Positions 1 through 7,530 of a stretch of DNA of 64,000 bases are shown one piece after another; position 1 is the stretch's first letter, and each line of letters opens with the position of its first letter. Below the pieces are notes generated by a model. That model searched no databases and was not told the DNA's origin. It was given only the letters and a program-made list of their open reading frames with translations. The DNA is taken from the NCBI GenBank assembly GCA_045655685.1, contig JAZOPR010000014.1, positions 75,471-139,470 of the forward strand, read 5' to 3'. The stretch comes from Alistipes sp. (lineage in GTDB: Bacteria; Bacteroidota; Bacteroidia; Bacteroidales; Rikenellaceae). Position numbers and translations under genes: made by a program.

Positions 1-96
1 ACGACGCGAGTCGAGAGCCAGCGCACTGACCTCAACCGCCGTCGAGCCAACCACACGACACTCGATGCCTTCGATTATATCTTTAACTTGTTTCAT
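1..96 (-). CDS. murE: MurE (UDP-MurNAc-L-Ala-D-Glu:meso-DAP ligase), first 32 codons only; the gene continues beyond the window start
   Basis: Hand translation from the minus-strand ATG at 96 gives MKQVKDIIEGIECRVVGSTAVEVSALALDSRR, a typical MurE N-terminus. It lies directly downstream of ftsI, as in dcw clusters. Confidence 0.7.
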   Translation of the reverse strand, partial: MKQVKDIIEGIECRVVGSTAVEVSALALDSRR

Positions 97-107
97 TCTA
101 TCTTGTG

Positions 108-2345
108 TTATTTAAGTACCAATTGCACATAGTCGCCACGTCGAATCGTCGTGCCCGCCGCCACGCTCTGGCTCGTCACTCGTCCGTGACCCGTAACCCC
201 GACACGCAGACCTCGACTCTCCAACAGGTAGATCGCGTCCTTCAAACCCATACCGACCACACGGGGCATCTTGCCCGCATCGGCTTTGATCTGGCTGAAC
301 TCGGCACGCTGCGTCGAATCATCGACCTCGGCAAGCGACCAGCCACGACGCTCGTCGGTCGTGAACGACATATCGAGCTTCGAAGCCACCTCGCGCATCT
401 GCTCGGTGCGACCGCCCTTGACCTGCGTGGGGCGCTTGGTTGCCGCCACCTGCTCGATCGGATTGCGCCACTCGCTCTCCATCGTGTAGAGGCTGTAAAT
501 GATGTCGCGCACCACGGGACCCGAAACGCCCGCACCATAGTAGGCACCTCGCGAGGCGTTGTTGCGCACGGCCACCATAACCGTATATTTCGGAGCGTCG
601 GTGGGGAAATAGGCAACCATACTACCGAGGTAGTCGTTGGTCTTCGAGCCGACCACCACAGCCGTACCCGTCTTTGCCGCCACGCGGAACAGAGCCGTGT
701 CGCGCACAAAAAATGCTCGTGCCGTACCCGTCAGCGCCACCTCCTCCAAGCACTCCTGCACCTTGGCCAGCGATCCCGACGAGCAGATTCGCTCGTTGAG
801 CACCTCGGTTTCGAACTTTTGGATCACACGACCATCTTTGCGCAACTCGCGGATCAATCGCGGCGCAACCATACGACCATCGTTTGCCACGGCGTTGTAG
901 AGCGTTGCCGTCTGAATCGGCGTGATCTCATTCTCGTAACCATAGGCTATCTGGCACAAACGGTTGTTATAGAACCAAATATCACGTATCGAATCAGCCT
1001 CGCGGGTCTTGTCGGTGGGATAGTCGTTGAACAGCGGTCGCTGCTCGCCAAACTCCGACAGGCCCAACGGACGATCCATATGCAACTTGCGCAAGAAGGC
1101 TACGTAGTTCTCGGGGTGATCATTATAGGCCTGATGAATAGCGTTGGCAAAGAAGATATTCGACGAGTGAGCCATCGCTGTCTTCATCGTAATCGTGTCG
1201 CAGAAAGCGTGGTCGTCGCGGATACCCTTGGCCTTGGGATTGGGACCGATCTGCAATCGTTCATCCTTTACCGTCTTGGTCACCTTACCCTCCTTGATCG
1301 GGATACGGACACTGATATCCATACCCTTGTCCTCAACCAGCGCCAACAACGACGCCAGCTTGAAGGTCGAGCCGGGGCACATACGCTTGAAGGCATTGTC
1401 GTCGATCTCGGCATAGACGCCCGGCGAGCTCTCCGAGAGATTCGACAGCGCCAGAATCTCGCCCGTCTCGACATCCATCACGATTGCCGTACCCCAAATA
1501 GCTCGGTTGGCAACCATATTTTTGCGCAGAGCCACGTCCGAGATCTCCTGAATACGGCGATCGAGCGTGGTGACGATATCCACACCGTCGATCTTCGGGC
1601 GGTCGTCCTTGGCACCATCGGTCGCCACGTTCGAGGTGAAACGGTGGGCAATGCGCTGGCGCGACTGCTGTCCGTCCTCGCCTCGCAGCATCGAGTCGAA
1701 GACGTGCTCGATACCAAACGGTGTCTTGATTCGGTCGTTCTGGAACTTACCCACCGTTCGTTTGGCGATGTCGCCCAGCGGGTAGATACGCATCAGGCTA
1801 TCTTCGAGCGTGTAGGTCAGACCGATATCCCAATTCAGAATGGTGAATTGTTTGATCTGGCTCCACTCCTTGTAGTCGATCCAGCGGGGCAGCAGTTCGA
1901 TCGACTTATAGCGGCGACGATTCTTGTCGTCGAAACGCTTATGTTTGTGATAGAGTGCGAATTTCTGCTTGAAGTACGACTTTGGGTAGCCCTCCTTGGC
2001 GAAATAGCCGCCCAGCAGACCCGCCAGCGAGTCCGAGAGTTTGTTGTAACGCTCGACCGAGTCGAGAGCCTCCGAGCCGAAGTCGAACGACACTTGATAG
2101 AGCGGCAAAACCGTTGCCAGCGGCTCGCCGTCACGCATCAGAATGTCGCCACGACGCGCTTTGAGGGTCTGGGTCGTGAGGATACGATTCGAGATCGCCT
2201 CGGCATACTCGGCCGTCGAGCGGGAGAAATACTGTATGTAGACCAAACGCGCGATGATCGCCACCACCATCACGAAAAAGGCTACGTAGAGCCACAGCGC
2301 ACGGCGACGTATCTGGCGTTTAATGGTATATTTCTGTTCGGGCAT
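108..2345 (-). CDS. ftsI: Class B penicillin-binding protein / peptidoglycan D,D-transpeptidase FtsI with a C-terminal PASTA-like domain
   Basis: 745-aa ORF with an N-terminal TM anchor (LWLYVAFFVMVVAIIARLVY). Carries the STFK, SSN and KTGT transpeptidase motifs and a C-terminal MPRVVGMGLKDAIYLLESRGLRV segment. Sits in dcw context. Confidence 0.9.
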   Translation of the reverse strand: MPEQKYTIKRQIRRRALWLYVAFFVMVVAIIARLVYIQYFSRSTAEYAEAISNRILTTQTLKARRGDILMRDGEPLATVLPLYQVSFDFGSEALDSVERYNKLSDSLAGLLGGYFAKEGYPKSYFKQKFALYHKHKRFDDKNRRRYKSIELLPRWIDYKEWSQIKQFTILNWDIGLTYTLEDSLMRIYPLGDIAKRTVGKFQNDRIKTPFGIEHVFDSMLRGEDGQQSRQRIAHRFTSNVATDGAKDDRPKIDGVDIVTTLDRRIQEISDVALRKNMVANRAIWGTAIVMDVETGEILALSNLSESSPGVYAEIDDNAFKRMCPGSTFKLASLLALVEDKGMDISVRIPIKEGKVTKTVKDERLQIGPNPKAKGIRDDHAFCDTITMKTAMAHSSNIFFANAIHQAYNDHPENYVAFLRKLHMDRPLGLSEFGEQRPLFNDYPTDKTREADSIRDIWFYNNRLCQIAYGYENEITPIQTATLYNAVANDGRMVAPRLIRELRKDGRVIQKFETEVLNERICSSGSLAKVQECLEEVALTGTARAFFVRDTALFRVAAKTGTAVVVGSKTNDYLGSMVAYFPTDAPKYTVMVAVRNNASRGAYYGAGVSGPVVRDIIYSLYTMESEWRNPIEQVAATKRPTQVKGGRTEQMREVASKLDMSFTTDERRGWSLAEVDDSTQRAEFSQIKADAGKMPRVVGMGLKDAIYLLESRGLRVGVTGHGRVTSQSVAAGTTIRRGDYVQLVLK

Positions 2346-2348
2346 AAC

Positions 2349-2885
2349 TTAGTCGTTATCAATAATATAGGTTTGAGTCGGAAGCTCTTCGAGGTTCAAT
2401 CCGCGAGCCTTCGACTGTTCGATGATCGCACCGCGCGAGGTGGCGCGATACAATTGTTCGGACTGGCGTACCGACTGCTCCTGCAACACACGCAGCTCAT
2501 CTTGCAGACGCGAACGCTTGATGTCCAAACGCAGTGCCGTGAAGAGAATGAAGATACTCAGGAAGAACATTCCCGCCACAAACATCAGATAGGGGTAGAT
2601 GTGTCGCGTCTCCTCGTTGGTCAGGATCTCGCCCGTGAAAACCGCCTTGAAGGTCTTGTTCCACCAGCTGTTCTGGCGACGCTCCTCGCGTTCGCGCTCC
2701 TCCTGCTCGGCCGCCTCCTGCTCCAAACGCAGACGCTCGTCCTCGGCCAGATCCTCCTCGGCCGCGCCACTCATCACACGCACCACCTGCTCGCGAATCA
2801 TACGTTCGCGCTCGGCCTTGGCCGCTGCACGCTCGCGCTCCTCACGAAACGAGGGATCGATCTCGATATCTTCGTCGTATCTCAT
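2349..2885 (-). CDS. FtsL-like bitopic cell-division protein with a long charged N-terminal extension
   Basis: 178 aa with a single TM helix (IYPYLMFVAGMFFLSIFILFTAL) followed by a coiled-coil-like segment. It occupies the position between rsmH and ftsI. The N-terminal 90 aa are E/R/A-rich. Confidence 0.6.
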   Translation of the reverse strand: MRYDEDIEIDPSFREERERAAAKAERERMIREQVVRVMSGAAEEDLAEDERLRLEQEAAEQEEREREERRQNSWWNKTFKAVFTGEILTNEETRHIYPYLMFVAGMFFLSIFILFTALRLDIKRSRLQDELRVLQEQSVRQSEQLYRATSRGAIIEQSKARGLNLEELPTQTYIIDND

Positions 2886-2904
2886 TGTGTACTAATCCGT
2901 TTTG

Positions 2905-3816
2905 TTAAAGTTTTTCGGCTGCACGCAGTCGCGCACTACGCGAACGGGGGTTGCGCTCGATCTCCTCGGCCGAGGGTGCCACGGCCTTGCGCGTAACGAG
3001 TTGCCACGGGGTGGTCGAGCGACCGAAGAAATCCTTTTCGGCCTGTGCCGAGAAGGTTCCGTTGCGCATAAAGTTCTTCACCAGACGATCTTCGAGCGAG
3101 TGGTACGAGATGACCGATAGGCGACCGCCCGGACGCAACATCTTCAAACTCTGCTCCAAAGCCATCTTCAAAGCCTCCATCTCGCCATTGACCTCGATAC
3201 GCAGTGCCTGGAAGAGCTTGGTCAGGAACTTACTCTCGTCCTTGCGGGGGGTGCAGGGCGCAACCGCCTCGACCAGCTGAGCCGTAGTCAGGATCGGAGC
3301 CGTGGCACGTGCTCGCACGATGCAGTTGGCCGCCTTGTAGGGGGTATCGATCTCGCCCCACTCGCCAAAGATGCGGGTGAGGGTCTCGGCATCGGCCTCA
3401 TTGACGATGTCGGCTGCCGAGCGACCATTGCGGTAGTTCATACGCATATCGAGCGGAGCCTCGCCACGGAACGAGAAACCGCGCTCGGTGCAGTCGAAGT
3501 GGTGCGACGACACGCCCAGATCGGCCAGAATGCCATCGACCTGCTCCACGCCACGGTAGCGCAGCGCACCGCGCAGAAAGCGGAAGTTGCTCTCGACGAA
3601 GTGGAAACGGGGATCGTCGGGGCAGTTGGCCTTGGCGTCGGGGTCCTGGTCGAAGCTGAACAGACGACCACGCTCCGAGAGCTGCGAGAGGATATGACGC
3701 GAGTGACCTCCGCCACCGAAGGTCAGATCGACGTAGGTGCCATCGGGGTCGATCGCAAGCAAATCGACCGACTCAGAGAGCAATACGGGGGTATGATATG
3801 TTGTTGTTTCGTTCAT
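2905..3816 (-). CDS. rsmH: 16S rRNA (cytosine1402-N4)-methyltransferase RsmH/MraW
   Basis: Contains YHTPVLL, DLTFGGGGHS and ISYHSLEDR motifs. I prefer the start at MNETTTYHTPVLL (3816) over the ORF-track start at 3888. Confidence 0.9.
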   Translation of the reverse strand: MNETTTYHTPVLLSESVDLLAIDPDGTYVDLTFGGGGHSRHILSQLSERGRLFSFDQDPDAKANCPDDPRFHFVESNFRFLRGALRYRGVEQVDGILADLGVSSHHFDCTERGFSFRGEAPLDMRMNYRNGRSAADIVNEADAETLTRIFGEWGEIDTPYKAANCIVRARATAPILTTAQLVEAVAPCTPRKDESKFLTKLFQALRIEVNGEMEALKMALEQSLKMLRPGGRLSVISYHSLEDRLVKNFMRNGTFSAQAEKDFFGRSTTPWQLVTRKAVAPSAEEIERNPRSRSARLRAAEKL

Positions 3817-3873
3817 TTTTGCATATTTGGGCGTAAAGTTACTCAAAAAAAGAGGATTTTCGCGCATATTTTC

Positions 3874-3881
3874 TATCTTTG
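3874..3881 (+). promoter_or_regulatory. Bacteroides-type -7 promoter box TATCTTTG upstream of the acyltransferase gene
   Basis: Exact match to the TAnnTTTG consensus, 22 nt upstream of the ATG at 3903. Confidence 0.5.
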
Positions 3882-3902
3882 TATCCATAAAAAGTATTTT
3901 TT

Positions 3903-4709
3903 ATGGATAGAATCGACGTCGGACAGATCTTGGAGAGCAAGGCTCCCCGTCTGAATCGCTACATTCCACGTTGCGTAATCAATTGGTTACGTGGGCTTAT
4001 TCACGAGGACTTCCTCAATGACGCCATCGAAAACTTTGGCGATAAATCACCTCTCGAATTCATTCGCGGTGCATTCGACCTGCTCGATATTCAACGCTCG
4101 GTCGAGGGCTTCGAGAATATCGATCCCAATGGTCGCTACATCTTCGCCTCGAACCACCCCTTCGGCGGTATGGACGGAATGATGGTCGCCGAGGCTATCG
4201 GCTCGCGTCTGGGCGATGTGCGCGTGGTGATCAACGACCTGCTGATGTATATGGAACCTCTGCGCCCGATCTGGCTGCCCGTCAATAAGCACGGACGCCA
4301 AAATTCGGCTTACGCCCGCCGTATGCACGAGGCATTCGAAGGACCGCTGCCGATCCTGACCTTCCCCGCGGGTCTGTGCTCGCGCCGAACGAAGGGTGTG
4401 GTGGCCGATTTGGAGTGGCGAAAGAACTTCATCAAGCAGGCTCATTCGACTGATCGTCAGGTTGTTCCCGTGTTTGTCGAGGGACAGCTGTCGAACCGTT
4501 TCTACAACATCGCAAACCTCCGCAAAAAGCTCGGCATAAAGTTCAATATCGAGATGATTCTGCTGGTCGATGAGATGGTGCGACAGAAGGGTCAAACCTT
4601 CACACTGCGCTTCGGAAAACCGATCTCGCGCGAGGAACTCACGGCCGTCGGATCGTATGACGAGCAGGTGGTATTTGTACGTAAAAAAGTCTACGAAATG
4701 CAAAAATAG
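3903..4709 (+). CDS. PlsC-type O-acyltransferase (GlsA/OlsA-like lyso-lipoamino-acid acyltransferase)
   Basis: 268 aa with an acyltransferase box NHPFGGMDG. It is paired with a downstream hemolysin-like GNAT gene, the arrangement described for glycine-lipid synthesis (glsA/glsB) in Bacteroides. Confidence 0.65.
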   Translation: MDRIDVGQILESKAPRLNRYIPRCVINWLRGLIHEDFLNDAIENFGDKSPLEFIRGAFDLLDIQRSVEGFENIDPNGRYIFASNHPFGGMDGMMVAEAIGSRLGDVRVVINDLLMYMEPLRPIWLPVNKHGRQNSAYARRMHEAFEGPLPILTFPAGLCSRRTKGVVADLEWRKNFIKQAHSTDRQVVPVFVEGQLSNRFYNIANLRKKLGIKFNIEMILLVDEMVRQKGQTFTLRFGKPISREELTAVGSYDEQVVFVRKKVYEMQK

Positions 4710-4742
4710 GTCAAAAAGTAGCTGTTTATCAACTAAAATTGC

Positions 4743-4750
4743 TATCTTTG
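4743..4750 (+). promoter_or_regulatory. -7 promoter box TATCTTTG
   Basis: Exact TAnnTTTG match, 28 nt upstream of the ATG at 4778. This argues against the ORF-track start at 4739. Confidence 0.45.
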
Positions 4751-4777
4751 TCCAAATGCCCTATTTTTATGTGTGAA

Positions 4778-5677
4778 ATGAAACCTATTATCGAGGCTGT
4801 TCCGCGCGAGGAGCTCGAACGCGAATTGACTGCCGATAAGAAGATTAGAGATACAAACAAGGCTCACAACGAGATCTATGTCATTACGGCTACCGACTCG
4901 CCCGCAGTGATGCGCGAGATCGGTCGTCTGCGCGAAGTGTCGTTCCGCGAGGCGGGTGGCGGCACAGGCGAGGAGGTCGATATCGATGCCGACGACCTGG
5001 CCGAAAACGGCTATCAGCAGCTGATCGTCTGGGACCCCGCCGCACGCGAAATTGTAGGCGGCTACCGCTTTATCATCTGCCGTTCGTCGCGCCCCGAGCA
5101 CCTCTCGACCGAGCACTACTTCCGTTTCTCGGACAAGTTCCGCGAGGAGTTCCTGCCGTGGACCATCGAGCTGGGTCGCTCGTTCGTGCAACCGCGCTAC
5201 CAATCGCGCGATAACAACAAGAGTATCTTTGCGTTAGACAACCTTTGGGACGGTCTGGGTGCGCTCACCGTGCTCAATCCCGAGATACGATATTTCTTCG
5301 GCAAGGTGACGATGTACACCGATTTCAACGTCGAGGCCCGCAATATGATCATCTACTTTATGCACCGCTACTTCCCCGATCACGACGAGCTGATGGAGGG
5401 TATCGACCCCGTCGAGATGGAGATCGACTATGAGAAGTACGACGCGATGTTCACGGGCGACAACTACAACGAAGACCACCGCACGTTGTGCCAGCAGGTG
5501 CGCGAGCGTGGCGAGAACATTCCGCCGCTGATCAACTCATATATGGGCATCTCGCCCTCGATGCGCACCTTCGCAACGGTGCACAACAACGATTTCGGTG
5601 CGGTCGAGGAGACGGGTATCCTGATCACCATCGCCGACATCTACCCCGCTAAGGGCGATCGACATATGAAGTTCTAA
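4778..5677 (+). CDS. Hemolysin-like GNAT-fold N-acyltransferase (GlsB/OlsB-like)
   Basis: About 299 aa from MKPIIEAVPREELE. It matches the family pattern of OlsB-like N-acyltransferases and is adjacent to a PlsC-type acyltransferase. Confidence 0.65.
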   Translation: MKPIIEAVPREELERELTADKKIRDTNKAHNEIYVITATDSPAVMREIGRLREVSFREAGGGTGEEVDIDADDLAENGYQQLIVWDPAAREIVGGYRFIICRSSRPEHLSTEHYFRFSDKFREEFLPWTIELGRSFVQPRYQSRDNNKSIFALDNLWDGLGALTVLNPEIRYFFGKVTMYTDFNVEARNMIIYFMHRYFPDHDELMEGIDPVEMEIDYEKYDAMFTGDNYNEDHRTLCQQVRERGENIPPLINSYMGISPSMRTFATVHNNDFGAVEETGILITIADIYPAKGDRHMKF

Positions 5678-5774
5678 CCCGTTAGAGGGCTCGGTTTGCA
5701 GCTATTAATTTTCGCAAAATCGGTGAGTTAGCGAAAAAAGTTGCCGAAAATTTTGCGGAAATGAAAATAGTCGC

Positions 5775-5782
5775 TATCTTTG
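5775..5782 (+). promoter_or_regulatory. -7 promoter box TATCTTTG for tRNA-Leu
   Basis: Exact TAnnTTTG match, 33 nt upstream of the tRNA 5' end. Confidence 0.5.
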
Positions 5783-5814
5783 TGCCCTCGAAAAGAGAGT
5801 TCTTTTGATGTAAT

Positions 5815-5901
5815 GCCCAGGTGGTGAAATTGGTAGACACGCTACTTTGAGGGGGTAGTGAGCATTAGCTCGTGCAAGTTCGAGTCTTGTCCTGGGCACC
5901 A
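5815..5901 (+). tRNA. tRNA-Leu (anticodon GAG), long variable arm, CCA encoded
   Basis: Acceptor stem GCCCAGG/CCTGGGC. D-loop GGTGAAATTGGTAGAC. Anticodon stem-loop CTACT-TTGAGGG-GGTAG. T-arm GTTCGAGTC. 87 nt. Confidence 0.9.
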
Positions 5902-5910
5902 AAAGTTTGA

Positions 5911-5943
5911 AAGGCGCTAAACGAAAGTTTGGCGCCTTTTTTT
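5911..5943 (+). terminator. Rho-independent terminator after tRNA-Leu
   Basis: 12-bp stem AAGGCGCTAAAC/GTTTGGCGCCTT with a GAAA loop, followed by a T-run. Confidence 0.75.
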
Positions 5944-5968
5944 GTTCATAAGTCAAAATAATTTTGTG

Positions 5969-6041
5969 CGATTTCGGAGAAATCGTCATACACGTCGGCG
6001 CCCGCGACTGAAAGTCGCGCCGCCCCCCGCCGACGTGTATG
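5969..6041 (-). repeat. Nested GC-hairpin element, CATAC class, copy 1 (mini-hairpin CGATTTCGGAGAAATCG plus a long hairpin)
   Basis: Arms CATACACGTCGGCG (5987-6000) and CGCCGACGTGTATG (6028-6041) are perfectly complementary. The inner hairpin is CGCGACT-GAA-AGTCGCG. Confidence 0.85.
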
Positions 6042-6043
6042 CT

Positions 6044-6076
6044 CTAATTTTGAATTTTGCTTTTTGAATTTTGAAT
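6044..6076 (+). repeat. 33-nt AT-rich TTGAAT module, copy 1
   Basis: CTAATTTTGAATTTTGCTTTTTGAATTTTGAAT. Near-identical copies occur at 12112-12144 and 16685-16717. Confidence 0.8.
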
Positions 6077-6108
6077 AAAAAATTAAAGCCCCGCAAAAGC
6101 GAGGCTTT
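6074..6108 (-). terminator. Rho-independent terminator of the pyrC-like gene
   Basis: Minus-strand hairpin AAAGCCTCGC-TTTT-GCGGGGCTTT, followed by AATTTTTTATT. Confidence 0.6.
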
Positions 6109-6129
6109 AATTGTGAATATCAACACTTT

Positions 6130-7476
6130 CTACTTTCTGCGAGGGGCAAATTCGAGGCGAGATCCGCGTACCGAACGATCGACACGACCCTCCGCAAACG
6201 CCTTGCGACCACCGACCAGCGTCAGCTCGACCGACGACGAAAAACGCTCACCCTCGAAGGGCGACCAGCCACATTTATATAATACGTTCTCGCGCGTCAC
6301 GGTCTGCTCCTTGTGCGGATCAACCACCACAATATCAGCGTGATAGCCCTCGCGCAAGAATCCACGACCAACAACACCGTAGCGCACCGCAGGCGCGTGG
6401 CACATCTTCTCGACCACCTTCTCAACGGGCAGCACACCTCGCTGCACCAGCTCCAACATCACCACCAGCGAGTGCTGCACCGACGGACCTCCCGACGGAC
6501 ACGACCAATAGGGTTGCGACTTCTCCTCGTCGCTATGGGGGGCGTGGTCGGTGGCCACCAGATCGACCTTGCCGTTGAGCAGACCCTCGCGCAGAGCGTC
6601 GCGATCGGCCGCACTCTTGACCGCAGGATTCCACTTGATACGGTTGCCGCGATGGGCGTAATCCTCGTCGGTGAACCAAAGATGATGAACACAAACTTCG
6701 GCGGTTATATTCTTCTCACTCAAAGGCTTAGAACTGAGTAACGAAAGCTCGCAAGCCGTACTTACGTGCAGCAGATTGAGCTCTGCCGAGTAGCGATCGG
6801 CCAGCTCCACGGCGCGTGCCGACGAGAGATAGCAGGCCTCGGCGTCGCGGATCAGGGGGTGCATTGCGGGGGTCACATTGTCGCCATAGCGAGCGCGGAA
6901 CAGCTCGATCTGGGCGCGGATACGCTGCTCGTCCTCGCAGTGGGTCGCCACCACCACGGGTGACGAATCGAACACGGCCGAGAGCGTGCGCTCGTTATCG
7001 ACCAACATATTGCCCGTCGATGAACCCATAAACATCTTCACGCCACACACCGCACGCGGATCGATGCGACGCACCTCGTCGATATTGTCGTTCGTGGCGC
7101 CCAGATAGAACGAATAGTTGGCCACCGAGCACTCGGCTGCGCGATCGAATTTGCGCTCTAAGTCGCTGAGTGTCACCGTCGGAGGTTTCACATTGGGCAT
7201 ATCCATAAACGATGTGACGCCACCCGCCACAGCCGCTGCCGACTCCGAAGCGATGTCGCCTTTGTAGGTCAAACCCGGCTCGCGGAAATGGACCTGATCG
7301 TCGATCGCGCCCGCCATAACCCACTTGCCCGTGGCATCATAGCGTTCGCCCTCGAATTCGCCCTCGAACGCACCCTCGCCAATGCTGGCAATCAGGCCGT
7401 TACGGACAATGATATAACCCTCGAATGTGCGGCCTTCGTTGATGATCTGACCGCCATAAATAAGAATTGGTGTCAT
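6130..7476 (-). CDS. pyrC: Dihydroorotase-like cyclic amidohydrolase (PyrC family)
   Basis: 448 aa containing VHFREPGLTYKGDIASESAAAVAGGVTSFMDMPN and a VATDHAPH motif. The first metal-binding motif reads DDQVH rather than DxHxH (see findings). Confidence 0.75.
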   Translation of the reverse strand: MTPILIYGGQIINEGRTFEGYIIVRNGLIASIGEGAFEGEFEGERYDATGKWVMAGAIDDQVHFREPGLTYKGDIASESAAAVAGGVTSFMDMPNVKPPTVTLSDLERKFDRAAECSVANYSFYLGATNDNIDEVRRIDPRAVCGVKMFMGSSTGNMLVDNERTLSAVFDSSPVVVATHCEDEQRIRAQIELFRARYGDNVTPAMHPLIRDAEACYLSSARAVELADRYSAELNLLHVSTACELSLLSSKPLSEKNITAEVCVHHLWFTDEDYAHRGNRIKWNPAVKSAADRDALREGLLNGKVDLVATDHAPHSDEEKSQPYWSCPSGGPSVQHSLVVMLELVQRGVLPVEKVVEKMCHAPAVRYGVVGRGFLREGYHADIVVVDPHKEQTVTRENVLYKCGWSPFEGERFSSSVELTLVGGRKAFAEGRVDRSVRGSRLEFAPRRK

Positions 7477-7505
7477 ACGTGATTAGTTTTTCACCACAAA
7501 TTTAG

Positions 7506-7513
7506 TAATTTTG
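7506..7513 (+). promoter_or_regulatory. -7 promoter box TAATTTTG
   Basis: Exact TAnnTTTG match, 18 nt upstream of the ATG at 7531. Confidence 0.5.
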
Positions 7514-7530
7514 TCGCAAATTAATCAACT

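Noticed and set aside
105-2996. A 963-aa ORF on the plus strand, the longest in the window.
   Set aside because: - It runs exactly antisense to ftsI, the ftsL-like gene and the rsmH 3' end, all of which have clear family motifs.
- Its translation is R/A/H/L-rich low-information sequence with no motifs.
- It is a typical GC-rich antisense artefact.
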